Shown here in pieces: positions 29,673 to 39,946 of a DNA stretch of 64,000 nucleotides. Position 1 is the stretch's first letter. The number at the start of each line of letters is the position of its first letter. Position numbers and translations under genes: made by a program. A model generated the notes under the pieces. The model had not been told where the DNA came from. It saw only the letters and a program-made list of their open reading frames with translations, and ran no database searches. Origin of the DNA: an uncultured bacterium. GTDB taxonomy: Bacteria > Armatimonadota > Hebobacteria > CAIYQO01. The stretch spans positions 14,094 to 78,093 of the forward strand of contig CAZPYA010000003.1 of NCBI GenBank assembly GCA_964590255.1, written 5' to 3'.

Positions 29673-30956
29673 ATGACTGAACGAATTGCCGTTATTGGTT
29701 TAGGCTACGTCGGCCTGCCGGTCGCCGTCGCATTTGCCGACATCTTTCCCGGCACCGTCGGCTTCGACATCAACCCGGCGCGGGTCGCCGCGCTGGCGCA
29801 GGGTGTGGATAAGACGGGCGAGTGCGCCGCGGAGACGCTGCGCGCCAGCACCATCACCTGGAGCGCCAACCCGGACGACCTGCGCGCCGCGACCTTCTTC
29901 GTGGTGGCCGTGCCCACGCCGGTGGACGCCGCCAAGCGCCCGGATCTGACCCCAGTCATCCGCGCCTCGGAAACGGTCGGGCGGGTCATTCAGCCCGGCG
30001 CGGTGGTGGTGTTCGAGTCGACGGTCTACCCCGGCGTCACCGAGGATATCTGCGGCCCGATCATCGCCCGCGAATCCGGCCTGACGCAGGGGACGGATTT
30101 CACGCTTGGCTACTCGCCCGAGCGCATTAACCCCGGCGATAAAGCGCACTCGCTGATGACCATCACCAAGGTGGTGTCCGGCGAGGACGCCGCGACGCTG
30201 GAGCGCGTGGCCGCCGCCTACGGCGCCATCATCACCGCCGGCGTGCATCGCGCCCCGTCCATCAAGGTGGCGGAGGCGGCCAAAGTCATCGAGAATACGC
30301 AGCGCGACCTGAACATCGCGCTGATGAACGAGCTGGCCTGCATCTTCGACCGGCTGGGCATCGCCACCCGCGACGTGCTCGCCGCCGCGCGGACGAAGTG
30401 GAACTTCCTCCCCTTCACCCCCGGGCTGGTGGGCGGGCACTGCATCGGCGTCGACCCGTATTACCTGACCACCATCGCCGAGCAGCTCGGTTACCACCCG
30501 CAGGTGATCCTGGCCGGGCGGCGCATCAACGACGGCATGGGCGGCTTCATCGCCACCAAGCTGGTGAAGATGCTGGTGCGCAACGACGTGCCGGTGAAAC
30601 GCGCGCGCGTCGCCATCCTCGGGCTTACTTTCAAAGAGAATGTGCCGGACATCCGCAACAGCCGCATCCCGGACATCGTGGAAGAGCTGCGGCAATACGG
30701 CATCGATCCGCTGGTGCACGATCCGCTGGCCGACTCGGCGGACGCCCTGCACGAATACGGCATCATCCTGTCGCCACTGGAAGCACTGCGCAATCTGGAC
30801 GCCATCATTCTGGCGGTGCCGCACCGGACATACCTTGAAACCCTGTCTTCCGCACAGATCAATCAGATGCTGGGGGGGCGCGGTGTCCTGGTGGATGTCA
30901 AGTCCGCTCTAGTGCCGCCGCCGATACCGTTCGGCGTCGATTATTGGTCATTGTAA
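29673..30956 (+). CDS. Nucleotide-sugar 6-dehydrogenase (UDP-GlcNAc/GalNAc dehydrogenase, WbpO/TviB/WecC family)
   Basis: GLGYVGLP, VAVPTP, FESTVYPG, YSPERINPGD, KVIENTQRD, PGLVGGHCIGVDP, GLTFKEN. Confidence 0.92.
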   Translation: MTERIAVIGLGYVGLPVAVAFADIFPGTVGFDINPARVAALAQGVDKTGECAAETLRASTITWSANPDDLRAATFFVVAVPTPVDAAKRPDLTPVIRASETVGRVIQPGAVVVFESTVYPGVTEDICGPIIARESGLTQGTDFTLGYSPERINPGDKAHSLMTITKVVSGEDAATLERVAAAYGAIITAGVHRAPSIKVAEAAKVIENTQRDLNIALMNELACIFDRLGIATRDVLAAARTKWNFLPFTPGLVGGHCIGVDPYYLTTIAEQLGYHPQVILAGRRINDGMGGFIATKLVKMLVRNDVPVKRARVAILGLTFKENVPDIRNSRIPDIVEELRQYGIDPLVHDPLADSADALHEYGIILSPLEALRNLDAIILAVPHRTYLETLSSAQINQMLGGRGVLVDVKSALVPPPIPFGVDYWSL

Positions 30957-31030
30957 CATGCGGTCTGCTGGGGCGCGCCGACTGGTTGCCGGTGAGAACC
31001 CCCGCGCCGCGTATGAAAAGTGTATTATTC

Positions 31031-32395
31031 ATGACAACGCCATCTGTGCAAGAACAGCCATACGCGTACCAGGATCCTGATCAACCGCCACGCAAAGGGC
31101 TCTCTTTGCGTCGCAACTTCTCATGGACGCTGGTCGGCAACATCATCTATGCCGGATGCCAGTGGGCAATGCTGATGCTCATCGCGAAAATCGGCAATCC
31201 TGAGATGGTTGGGCGTTTTGCGCTTGGTTTGGCGATCACGGCACCCATCATCATGTTCAGCAACCTCGATCTGCGCGTCGTCCAGGCGACGGATGCTCGA
31301 GAGGACTACACCTTTCGTTCGTATCTCGCGCTACGCGTAATCACGACCTCCCTTGCTACGCTGGTCATCGTGGGTATCGTGGTATGCGCACGGTACCCCT
31401 GGGAGACGATGCTGACGGTAATCCTCATCGGTGTCGCCAAGGCGTTTGAGGCGATTAGTGATATCTATTATGGACTGTTTCAGCAGCATGAACGCCTGGA
31501 TCGCATCGCGACATCCATGATATTGAAAGGCTTCCTGTCGCTGCTCCTGCTCGGTGCCGGCGTCTATCTCACCGGCAGCATCCTCTGGGGTGCCATCGGG
31601 TTGGCATGTGCGTGGGCCTTGACGCTGCTCACCTACGATATTCGCAACGCACGCTCGGTGTTGCTCTTGTCAATGCCCGGCGAAGCGCACGCCATCCAGA
31701 CCGCTCTGACGCCGCAATGGCATGCGACTCTACTCTGGCAGCTCACCCTGTTCACCCTGCCGCTCGGCGTAATGGTGCTGCTGCAGTCGCTCAACGCGAA
31801 TATCCCGCGGTACTTCGTAGATCATCATCTCGGCGAGCACGCGCTGGGTATTTTCGCTGCGTTGACCTACATCATGGTCGCCGGCACCACGATCGTTCGC
31901 GCGCTCGGACAGTCTGCCAGCCCCGTCCTAGCGAAACAGTATGTGGCCGGTCGACTGGTGCCGTTCTTTCGGCTCATCGCCTTGCTCATTGGTACGGGAT
32001 TCATTATTGGTGTTGTCGGCGTCGGCATCGCGGCAGTCGCGGGCCGCTGGATCCTGCGTATCTTGTATACGCCGGAATATGCGAACTACGCATCACTCTT
32101 TGTCAGCCTGATGTTCGCGTCGATCTTCCTATATATCGCGCAATTCCTCGACTACTGTACCACCATTGTCCGCAATTTCCGCGCGCAAATGCTGCTGTCA
32201 GTGCTCGTCACCGGGGTGACATTGGCCCTGTGTGTCTGGCTCATTCCCCGCGCTGGGTTGTTTGGTGCGAGCCAGGCGCTGCTCTGGTGTGGCGTGGTGA
32301 AAGTGGTCGGCAATCTTGCGATTCTCGGGTATGCAGCCCGTGCGGCAAGGCGGACGCTCGCATCCGCGGCGGCTCCCGTGCACCAGGATCTATGA
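31031..32395 (+). CDS. wzx: Oligosaccharide flippase
   Basis: Multi-TM protein; LRRNFSWTLVGNIIYAGCQW; GEHALGIFAA motif; position in the locus. Confidence 0.85.
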   Translation: MTTPSVQEQPYAYQDPDQPPRKGLSLRRNFSWTLVGNIIYAGCQWAMLMLIAKIGNPEMVGRFALGLAITAPIIMFSNLDLRVVQATDAREDYTFRSYLALRVITTSLATLVIVGIVVCARYPWETMLTVILIGVAKAFEAISDIYYGLFQQHERLDRIATSMILKGFLSLLLLGAGVYLTGSILWGAIGLACAWALTLLTYDIRNARSVLLLSMPGEAHAIQTALTPQWHATLLWQLTLFTLPLGVMVLLQSLNANIPRYFVDHHLGEHALGIFAALTYIMVAGTTIVRALGQSASPVLAKQYVAGRLVPFFRLIALLIGTGFIIGVVGVGIAAVAGRWILRILYTPEYANYASLFVSLMFASIFLYIAQFLDYCTTIVRNFRAQMLLSVLVTGVTLALCVWLIPRAGLFGASQALLWCGVVKVVGNLAILGYAARAARRTLASAAAPVHQDL

Positions 32396-33630
32396 TGCAG
32401 CAAACTCTACCACGAACTGCGGCGACCAAGGTGTTCCTCGTCAAGGTATTTGCGTTGGCGGCAGCAATGCTGGCAGTCATTCTGCTGCTCATCGGGCGGT
32501 GGACGCCCTTCCGGGGTGAGGATGTCAGTCTGCTATTACAACCCCGTGTCTGGTTACTGTCGCTCCTGGTGTTGCTCGCGGTCCTGCTGAGCCTGGGTGG
32601 GGTGACACGCAGTCCCCGCGGTGTTCCTCTGCCTGGAGAAACCCTTCTGCTCGGTTGCACAGCGGCTTTCCTGCTGTATACATTCGCCAGTATACTGTGG
32701 GCGCCAGACCTTGAAGCGGCCGTGCCGAAAGCGGCGGATATCATCATCATCCTCCTTACAGTGGGCTGTTACCGGTATATTCAGCTTGCTTGCGGACGTC
32801 TGGCTTTCCTCGAAGCCTTCTGGGGGAGTCTGCTGCTGGTGGCGACAGTGCTGGCGCTGCTCACCCTCGCGACGGGCATTTCGGCGGATGCCACTCGTAC
32901 GAACAGTCTGGGAGGTGGTCCGAATATCTTCGGACGTATCATGGGATTACTCTGCATCGCGGCGTTATACGTCGCGATGCAGCGACGTTGGCGCTGGGCT
33001 TACGGCCTCTTCAGTATTGGCGCGCTCCTCGTCCTCCTCTCCGGTTCGCGCGGCGCGCTCCTCGCGTCTTTCACCGGAGGTATGACGCTCCTCCTTGCCA
33101 GCCGCATGCGCTGGTATAAGCTTTTCACGCTGGTGTTAGTTAGTCTGGGCCTTGCTGGAACCGCTTTGTATTTTACCCCTCTCGGCCGGCGTGCTCTAGA
33201 GACATTTCAGCAGCGTGTGCTGCTGCTTACGCTGAAGGAACACCACGATGCCGGACGCACAGGCTTGCATGAGAAGGCCATCGCAATGGGCCTTGAGGAT
33301 CCGCTCATCGGTGCCGGCCTCTCTGCGTTCTCGATTCGCACCGGCGATGTCTATCCACATAATGTGTTTCTCGAAATCTTCGCTGAAGGTGGATGCATCG
33401 GTCTGCTACTGTTTCTTGCGATGCTTGGCGCTACAGGGTTGATGTTTTGGCAGCACCGTGACACACTAAATACGGCTGCAGTCGCGGCCTTCGTGCTCAT
33501 CTTGGTGGCCAGTCAGTTCAGCGGTGATCTCTATGATTCGCGCGGCCTATTCCTCTTTCCGATCCTGGCCATTGTCACCGGGACAGGAAGGACGGTTGTA
33601 CGGCCGATGTCCAATCATCCGGGAAAGTGA
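32392..33630 (+). CDS. O-antigen ligase / Wzy polymerase family membrane protein
   Basis: ATGA overlap with the wzx stop; GGGPNIFGR, LLSGSRGALL, GR..L, PLIGAG, YPHNVFLEIFAEGG. Confidence 0.85.
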   Translation: MMQQTLPRTAATKVFLVKVFALAAAMLAVILLLIGRWTPFRGEDVSLLLQPRVWLLSLLVLLAVLLSLGGVTRSPRGVPLPGETLLLGCTAAFLLYTFASILWAPDLEAAVPKAADIIIILLTVGCYRYIQLACGRLAFLEAFWGSLLLVATVLALLTLATGISADATRTNSLGGGPNIFGRIMGLLCIAALYVAMQRRWRWAYGLFSIGALLVLLSGSRGALLASFTGGMTLLLASRMRWYKLFTLVLVSLGLAGTALYFTPLGRRALETFQQRVLLLTLKEHHDAGRTGLHEKAIAMGLEDPLIGAGLSAFSIRTGDVYPHNVFLEIFAEGGCIGLLLFLAMLGATGLMFWQHRDTLNTAAVAAFVLILVASQFSGDLYDSRGLFLFPILAIVTGTGRTVVRPMSNHPGK

Positions 33631-33642
33631 GGCCAATTTCGT

Positions 33643-34863
33643 ATGAATATTCTCTATATCGTGCAGCATTTAGCGGGGCTGTCCGGTTCCGGCAGCTTGC
33701 GGCCGTATGAGTTCTCCCAGCGGCTGGTCGCCATGGGACACAAGGTGACCGTGCTCTGCGGCAGTTCCAGCAAGTCATCACCACGGGATATCGCGGAAGC
33801 ACGGAGCGTTGGCGTAGAGGTGGTACAGGCGCCAATTCATTACGCGCAGCACCTGTCATACCTGGACCGCCTGCTGGTTTTCCGCCGGTTCATGGTGTGG
33901 GCGATTCGCACCGGAAGAGCTTTGCCAAAGCCGGATATCGTGTTCGCCAGTTCAACCCCGCTCACCATTGGGGAGGTTGGACGTCAAGTGGCGGCGCACC
34001 ACCGCGTGCCGTTTGTCTTTGAGGTGCGTGATCTGTGGCCAGAAGTGCCCATTGCGCTTGGTGCACTCAATAATCCCATCCTGCGTTGGATGGCCAACCG
34101 CATGGCTCGGCACGTCTACGGTGCCGCGGATCATGTTGTCGCCCTCTCGCCGGGGATGCGGGATGGCGTGTTGGCCTGGGGCGTACCAGTGGACCGCATC
34201 ACGGTGATCCCGAACTGCAGCGACACGCACCTCTTCGGTGGACAGGCGGGACGCGAGGAAGTGCGTGCCCAATACGGCGTTGAATCCAGTCTCTTTTGCA
34301 TCCACCCTGGCGCCATGGGACTGGTCAATGGCCTGGATTACCTACTCGAGTGCGGCAAGGAGCTAGATGCGCGCGGCGTGACCGATATCCACATTGCGCT
34401 CATTGGCGATGGCACGCAAAAGAGTCGGTTGATAGCACGGCTGGCACAAGAGCAGATTCGTTCAGTCACTATCCACGATTCCATACAAAAGCGTGAGATG
34501 CCGCGGTTGCTGGCCGCCGCGGATGTTGGCATTGTCTCGGTAATGCCGCATCCCGCGATGGAAGCGAACTCGGCGAATAAATTCTTCGATTTTCTCGCCG
34601 CCGGCATCCCGGTTCTGTTGAATTATGGCGGCTGGCAGGCGGAAGCGCTACACACGGCACAGGCCGGCCTCAGTGTGTCACCGCATGAGCCTGTCGCTAT
34701 GGCTGATGTGCTGATGACGCTGCGGGATGACCCTGAGGCCCGAAAGACCATGGGACGCAATGGCCGCCGACTCGCCGAAGAAGAGTATGACCGCGACTTA
34801 CTCGCGCATAAGCTAGAAGGAGTGTTGACCAGGGTTGCAGATGCTCGTGCGCACCGTGCGTAG
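33643..34863 (+). CDS. Glycosyltransferase family 4 (WbuB-like)
   Basis: ASSTPL, FEVRDLWPE, IPNC, GAMG..NG, NSANKFFDFLAAGIPV. Confidence 0.9.
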   Translation: MNILYIVQHLAGLSGSGSLRPYEFSQRLVAMGHKVTVLCGSSSKSSPRDIAEARSVGVEVVQAPIHYAQHLSYLDRLLVFRRFMVWAIRTGRALPKPDIVFASSTPLTIGEVGRQVAAHHRVPFVFEVRDLWPEVPIALGALNNPILRWMANRMARHVYGAADHVVALSPGMRDGVLAWGVPVDRITVIPNCSDTHLFGGQAGREEVRAQYGVESSLFCIHPGAMGLVNGLDYLLECGKELDARGVTDIHIALIGDGTQKSRLIARLAQEQIRSVTIHDSIQKREMPRLLAAADVGIVSVMPHPAMEANSANKFFDFLAAGIPVLLNYGGWQAEALHTAQAGLSVSPHEPVAMADVLMTLRDDPEARKTMGRNGRRLAEEEYDRDLLAHKLEGVLTRVADARAHRA

Positions 34864-34981
34864 GCCAATCTCCGTGTGCAAAGCTTGGCGATAGCTTCAA
34901 TCGTCCGGACCCCAAATTGTCATCCCGGCACAAAACGTCTACAATGATTCAAAGCATGATGGTCGCAGCAAAGGAACACTC

Positions 34982-36145
34982 GTGATTATCGACGCCGCCG
35001 TGCAGCAGTCGCAGACGCTGCAGTTCAGTTTAAAAGCGCAGGAGCTGAAGAAGCAGGGACGTGACATCATTTCGCTGGGGTTGGGCGAGCCGGATTACGA
35101 CACCCCCGACCACATCAAACAGGCGGCAGCCGACGCGCTGGCGGCGGGGCTGACGCGCTACGGCGCGGCGCCGGGCCTGCCCGAGCTGCGCGAACTGGTG
35201 GCGTGCAAGCTGCAGGCGGACAACGGCATTCCCGCAAAAGCGAACGAGGTGCTCATCGTGCCGGGGGCAAAGAACGCACTGTTCCTGGCCTGCGCCGCGG
35301 TGCTGCGTCCGGGTGACGAGGTGATCAACCTCACCCCATGCTACGTCAGCAACGTGCCCATTTTGAAGCTGGCCGAGCCGGGGTGCGTCATCCGCAACAT
35401 CCCACTGCTGCCCGACACCTTTCGGCTGGACCGCGACCGCATCCTGGCGGCGCTGACGCCAGCCACCCGTCTCCTCCTCATCAACTACCCGAACAACCCG
35501 AGCGGGAAGATGCTGGACGCCGACGACGCCGTCTTCCTGCGCGGCGCTATCGCCGAGCGCGACTGCTACCTGCTCTCCGACGAGATCTACGAGCGGCTGG
35601 CCATCGCCGACACGGCGCACATCTCGCCGGCGGCTTTCCCGGAGATCGCCGCGCAGGTCATCACCGTCAACGGCTTCAGCAAGTCCTACTCGATGACCGG
35701 CTGGCGCATCGGCTACACCCACGCCGCGCCGGCGGTCACCGCGGTGATGCTGAAGATTCACCAGCAGCTCAACACGAACACCGCCGCCTTCATCCAGAAG
35801 GCCGCCGTCGCCGCGCTGGCCGGCCCGCAGGAGCGCCTGCACCAGTTCATCGGTGACCTGAAATCCCGCGCTAAGTTGTATAATGACTTCTGCGCCCGCA
35901 CGCCGTCGGTGCGCACCGCGCCGGTGGAAGGCGGCTTCTTCGGCTTCCTGCACGTCGGCGCGGCGGGGATGGCCTCCGACGCCTTCGCCACCGCGCTGCT
36001 CGAAGACACCGGCGTGGCGGTGATCCCCGGCGTTTCCTTCGGCGACGATTTCGACGCCTGGGTGCGCATCTCGCTGGCCGCCTCCACCGCCGAGTTGACC
36101 GAGGGGTTGAAGCGGATTGGGGAGTTTATGGGACGGCATGCGTGA
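34982..36145 (+). CDS. PLP-dependent aminotransferase class I/II (AspC-like)
   Basis: LGLGEPDYDTP, NYPNNPSG, LSDEIY, NGFSKSYSMTGWRIG. Confidence 0.9.
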   Translation: MIIDAAVQQSQTLQFSLKAQELKKQGRDIISLGLGEPDYDTPDHIKQAAADALAAGLTRYGAAPGLPELRELVACKLQADNGIPAKANEVLIVPGAKNALFLACAAVLRPGDEVINLTPCYVSNVPILKLAEPGCVIRNIPLLPDTFRLDRDRILAALTPATRLLLINYPNNPSGKMLDADDAVFLRGAIAERDCYLLSDEIYERLAIADTAHISPAAFPEIAAQVITVNGFSKSYSMTGWRIGYTHAAPAVTAVMLKIHQQLNTNTAAFIQKAAVAALAGPQERLHQFIGDLKSRAKLYNDFCARTPSVRTAPVEGGFFGFLHVGAAGMASDAFATALLEDTGVAVIPGVSFGDDFDAWVRISLAASTAELTEGLKRIGEFMGRHA

Positions 36146-36180
36146 AGGTGATGATGCGGTTCCGGCAGCAGAAGACGGAT

Positions 36181-36320
36181 AAATGGTGACAGGAACCGTT
36201 TATCTGATGGATGCATAACCAGTTGGAAACTGGTGGCAACACGGAGACAGTGAAGTCGGGATTTCTGGTGCCATCGGCAGTCGCGCGGACCCCTCCCCCT
36301 CCCCTAGCAGGAGAGGGGAG
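36181..36320. repeat. REP cluster inside the polysaccharide locus
   Basis: Half copy of family 2 (AAATGGTGACAGGAACCGTTT, 36181-36201) and a CCCCT...AGGGGAG palindrome (36290-36320). Confidence 0.65.
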
Positions 36321-36413
36321 CTATCCAGTGGAAGGGATTACATTAGGGGCCGTAGTGGCATACATGTGGCAAAGTGTAATTCGGGGCTTGATCGCAATAA
36401 TGAGGCGCAATTT

Positions 36414-37412
36414 ATGATCCGAGTTCTATTAACCCGCGCATTTTTCGCCGAGGACCTGGCCTTTTTACAGGCCGGGCTGCGGCCGGACGTCGAGCTGATC
36501 GTGCCACCAGCCTTCACGCCGGAGGCGCTGGCGGAGGCGGTGGGCGAAGCCGACGTGCTGTTGGGCGACAATATCACCCGCGAGTTGCTGGCGCGCGGCA
36601 CGCGGCTGCGCCTCATTCAGGTGCCGTGGACGGGCGTCGATCGGCTGGACTTTGCGCTGTTGCGCGACTTCAACGTGCCGGTGTGCAATTCGCACAGTAA
36701 CGCGCTGCCGGTAGCGGAGATGGCGGTGAGCTTGATGCTGGCCATCACGAAAAAAATCCCGCTGCACGACGCGCGGCTGCGCCAGGGCAACTGGATGCGC
36801 CCGACGCGCGGCGAGCCGGATTCGCACGTGCCGCCGACGCTGGTCAGCGGGCGAACCGCCGGCTTCATCGGCTTCGGCGCCATCGCCCGGCTCATCGCCG
36901 AGTTGCTGGGTGGGTTTCACATGCGCTTTATCGCCACCGACGCCCGCACGGGTGAAACGCCCGCGCCGTTGGACGCTGTCTACCCGCCCGACGCGGTGAC
37001 CGAGGTCGCGGCGCAAAGCGACATCCTCTTCGTCACCGTGCCGCTCACCCCCGCCACCCGCGGGCTGGTGAACGCCGACATCTTCGCGGTGATGCAGCCA
37101 TCCGCCTATCTCATCAACACCTCGCGCGGCGAGGTGGTCGACGAAGCGGCGCTCTACGCCGCGCTAAGCACGCGGCAAATCGCTGGTGCCGGCATCGACA
37201 CCTGGTATCAGTATCCGAAGGCGGGCGAGGCGGCGACGCTGCCCTCGGCGCGCTTTCCCTTCCACGAACTGGACAACCTGGTGCTGTCGCCGCACCGCGC
37301 GGGTTTCGCGGAAGGTCTACTGCCGCACCTGCAGGACGTCATCGACAATCTCAACCGCCTGGCCGCCGGCGACGCGCCGCGCAACCAGGTGGACGTGACC
37401 GCGGGGTTTTAA
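36414..37412 (+). CDS. D-isomer-specific 2-hydroxyacid dehydrogenase
   Basis: TGVD, VAEMAV, IGFGAIA, PLTPATRGL, INTSRG, GAGIDTW, SPHRAG. Confidence 0.9.
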   Translation: MIRVLLTRAFFAEDLAFLQAGLRPDVELIVPPAFTPEALAEAVGEADVLLGDNITRELLARGTRLRLIQVPWTGVDRLDFALLRDFNVPVCNSHSNALPVAEMAVSLMLAITKKIPLHDARLRQGNWMRPTRGEPDSHVPPTLVSGRTAGFIGFGAIARLIAELLGGFHMRFIATDARTGETPAPLDAVYPPDAVTEVAAQSDILFVTVPLTPATRGLVNADIFAVMQPSAYLINTSRGEVVDEAALYAALSTRQIAGAGIDTWYQYPKAGEAATLPSARFPFHELDNLVLSPHRAGFAEGLLPHLQDVIDNLNRLAAGDAPRNQVDVTAGF

Positions 37413-37417
37413 CGACT

Positions 37418-38152
37418 ATGGTAGACTTCTACGCACCCGAGATCGCCGCCGCGCTCAAGGAAAACCCGCCGCTGCCGCGCAAAACGGGGTATGACCTGCT
37501 TGTGCGCGCCATCGACATCCTCGCCGCCGGGCTGGCGCTGGTGGTGTTCGGCGCGCCGATGCTGGCCATCGCTATCGCCATCAAGCTGCAGGACGGCGGG
37601 TCGGTCTTCTTCCGCCAGGAGCGTATGGGCAAGGACGGCAAGGCCTTCCGTATCTTCAAGTTCCGCTCGATGATCGTCAACGCCGAGCAGACCGGCGCGA
37701 AGTGGCGGATGACGAAGGGCGACAGCCGCGTCACCCGCATCGGCAAGCTGCTGCGCGAATTCCACCTGGACGAACTGCCGCAGCTCTTCAACGTGCTGTC
37801 CGGGCAGATGTCGCTGGTGGGCCCGCGTCCGGCGCTCATGTTCCAGCAGGACTACTACGAAGCGTGGGAGAAGCCGCGACTGGCGGTGACGCCGGGCATG
37901 ACCGGGCTGTCGCAGGTGTCCGGCGGCAACGCCCTCAACTGGGACGAGCGCATCCTTATCGACGTCTATTATGTGCGCCATCGCACCGTGGGAATGTACC
38001 TGTCCATCCTCATCCGTACCGTGCTGCAGATCTTCGTAAAAAAGGGCATCTACACCAAGGACGGCGCGGTGAAGGGCTGGACGCGTGGCGTGCCCGACTG
38101 GTATACCGAAGGCGAAGCGAAGCCGAAAGACGAGGTGACCACCAATGCTTGA
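37418..38152 (+). CDS. Initiating phosphoglycosyl transferase (bacterial sugar transferase, PglC-like)
   Basis: VFFRQERMG, KFRSM, LDELPQLFNVLSGQMSLVGPRP, PGMTGLSQV. Confidence 0.93.
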   Translation: MVDFYAPEIAAALKENPPLPRKTGYDLLVRAIDILAAGLALVVFGAPMLAIAIAIKLQDGGSVFFRQERMGKDGKAFRIFKFRSMIVNAEQTGAKWRMTKGDSRVTRIGKLLREFHLDELPQLFNVLSGQMSLVGPRPALMFQQDYYEAWEKPRLAVTPGMTGLSQVSGGNALNWDERILIDVYYVRHRTVGMYLSILIRTVLQIFVKKGIYTKDGAVKGWTRGVPDWYTEGEAKPKDEVTTNA

Positions 38153-38687
38153 TGCGACACAAATTTACCTGCGCCCGCTGGAAGAGCCGGACCTGCCGCT
38201 GCGCGTGAAATGGGTGAATGACCCGGATATCCGCCCGATGCTGATGTTCGACTACCCGATCTCGCTGGCAAAAACCCGCGCCTGGTTCCAGAAGGCAGTG
38301 ACGGATTCGACGAAAGTCAACTTCTCCATCGTCGACAAGGAAACCGACCGGGTCATCGGCATGACCGGGCTCATCGAGATCAATATCAAGCACCAGCGCG
38401 CCCAGCTCTACATCACCATCGGCGAGAAGGAATACTGGGGCCACCGCCTGGCCGACGAGGTGATCCAACTGGTGCTGGAATACGGCTTCATCGAGCTGAA
38501 CCTGAACAAGATCTACCTCTACACCCTGCCCGCCAACGAGCGCGGCCGCAAGGTCTACGCCCGTAACGGCTTCGTCACCGAAGGCGTGCTGCGCCAGCAC
38601 TACTACTGCGTGGGCGCCTACCAGGACCTGACCCAGCAAAGCGTGCTGCGCGCCGAATGGGAAGCCCGGCAGGCCGAACGATCATAA
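38145..38687 (+). CDS. GNAT family N-acetyltransferase (RimJ/RimL-like)
   Basis: IYLRPLEE.DL, IGEKEYWGH, LNLNKIYL, GF..EG.LR; overlaps the upstream stop. Confidence 0.88.
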   Translation: MLDATQIYLRPLEEPDLPLRVKWVNDPDIRPMLMFDYPISLAKTRAWFQKAVTDSTKVNFSIVDKETDRVIGMTGLIEINIKHQRAQLYITIGEKEYWGHRLADEVIQLVLEYGFIELNLNKIYLYTLPANERGRKVYARNGFVTEGVLRQHYYCVGAYQDLTQQSVLRAEWEARQAERS

Positions 38688-38725
38688 ACGGCCGCCCAGT
38701 CGGCGCAGGCCGACTTCGTCTCTCC

Positions 38726-38892
38726 AGCCCCGGATTTCAATCCGGGGAACCAAGGTGACCGGTCGAAACCAGACGATACCGGTAATCATGAATCACAGAG
38801 CATCAATCCGGGGAACCAGGGGCATCGAACTATCCGTCAAAACCCCCTTCAGGGGGCGTAGTTCAGTAGCCCGGCCATTTATGACCGGACGG
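38726..38892. repeat. REP cluster (AGCCCCGGATTTCAATCCGGGG and GTAGCCCGGCCATTTATGACCGG types)
   Basis: Palindrome at 38726-38747, partial repeat CAATCCGGGGAACCA near 38804, and element 38842-38892 homologous to 60457-60505. Confidence 0.7.
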
Positions 38893-38914
38893 CGGCGGGG
38901 CTTGGGAATTATCA

Positions 38915-39946
38915 ATGATGAACATTCTTTTCACCTGCGCCGGTCGGCGCAACTATTTGCTGCAGTATTTCCGCGAGGCGCTGGGGGGGCGAGGGCAGGT
39001 CTTCGCCACTGATGCCTCGCCCACCGCGCCGGCGATGATGGAGGCAGACCGCGCCTTCGTGGTGCCATACGTCAGCGATCCGACCTATTTCGACGTGATC
39101 ATCGGGCTGGCGCGGGAGCACAACGCGCAAATGCTTATCTCGCTGAACGACCTGGAGCTGCCGTTCCTGGCTCGCGAAAAGGGGCGGCTGCAGGCGATGG
39201 GCATCCTGCCCATCGTCTCCGATCCATGGGTCATCGACGCCTGCTTCGACAAAGCGCGCACGGCGGAGCTGCTGACGGAGATCGGGCTGGCAACGCCGAA
39301 AACCTGCCTGACGCTGGACGACGCGCAGGCGGCGCTGGCGTCGGGCGAGTTGGCCTTCCCGCTGGTGGTGAAGCCGCGCTGGGGCACCGGCTCCATCGGG
39401 CTGGAGTTCCCGCAGGACATGCGCGAGCTGGAACTAGCCTACGCGCTGGTGTCGCTGCGCCTGTCGCGCACCATCATCGCCGAAGCAAGCGCCGCCGATC
39501 CCGGTCGCGGCGTGCTCATCCAGGGGCGGCTGCCCGGCCAGGAATACGGCCTGGACATCGTGAACGACCTGGACGGCAACCACGTGACCACCTTCGTAAA
39601 GAAGAAGCTGGCCATGCGCGCCGGCGAAACAGACAAGGCGGAAACCGTCGACGAGCCCGTGCTGCGCGAGATCGGCGCCCGCATCGCCGCCCGCCTGCGC
39701 CACGTCGGCAACCTGGACTGCGACGTCTTCATGACCCCAGACGGCCCGGCCGTGCTGGAACTGAATCCGCGCTTCGGTGGCGGCTATCCCTTCTCACATG
39801 TCGCCGGCGCGAACCTGCCCGCCGCCTTCCTCGCCTGGGTGGAGCGACGCACGCCCGATCCGGCGTGGCTGCGCGTGACCCCCGGCATTATCGCCGCGAA
39901 GTGTGATCGGCTCGTCGCGCGGTCGCGGGCAGAGATTGGTGCGTAA
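38915..39946 (+). CDS. ATP-grasp domain protein (carbamoyl-phosphate-synthase/PylC-like)
   Basis: MNILFTCAGRR, DKA, FPLVVKPRWGTGS, GQEYGLD, ELNPRFGGGYP. Confidence 0.9.
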   Translation: MMNILFTCAGRRNYLLQYFREALGGRGQVFATDASPTAPAMMEADRAFVVPYVSDPTYFDVIIGLAREHNAQMLISLNDLELPFLAREKGRLQAMGILPIVSDPWVIDACFDKARTAELLTEIGLATPKTCLTLDDAQAALASGELAFPLVVKPRWGTGSIGLEFPQDMRELELAYALVSLRLSRTIIAEASAADPGRGVLIQGRLPGQEYGLDIVNDLDGNHVTTFVKKKLAMRAGETDKAETVDEPVLREIGARIAARLRHVGNLDCDVFMTPDGPAVLELNPRFGGGYPFSHVAGANLPAAFLAWVERRTPDPAWLRVTPGIIAAKCDRLVARSRAEIGA

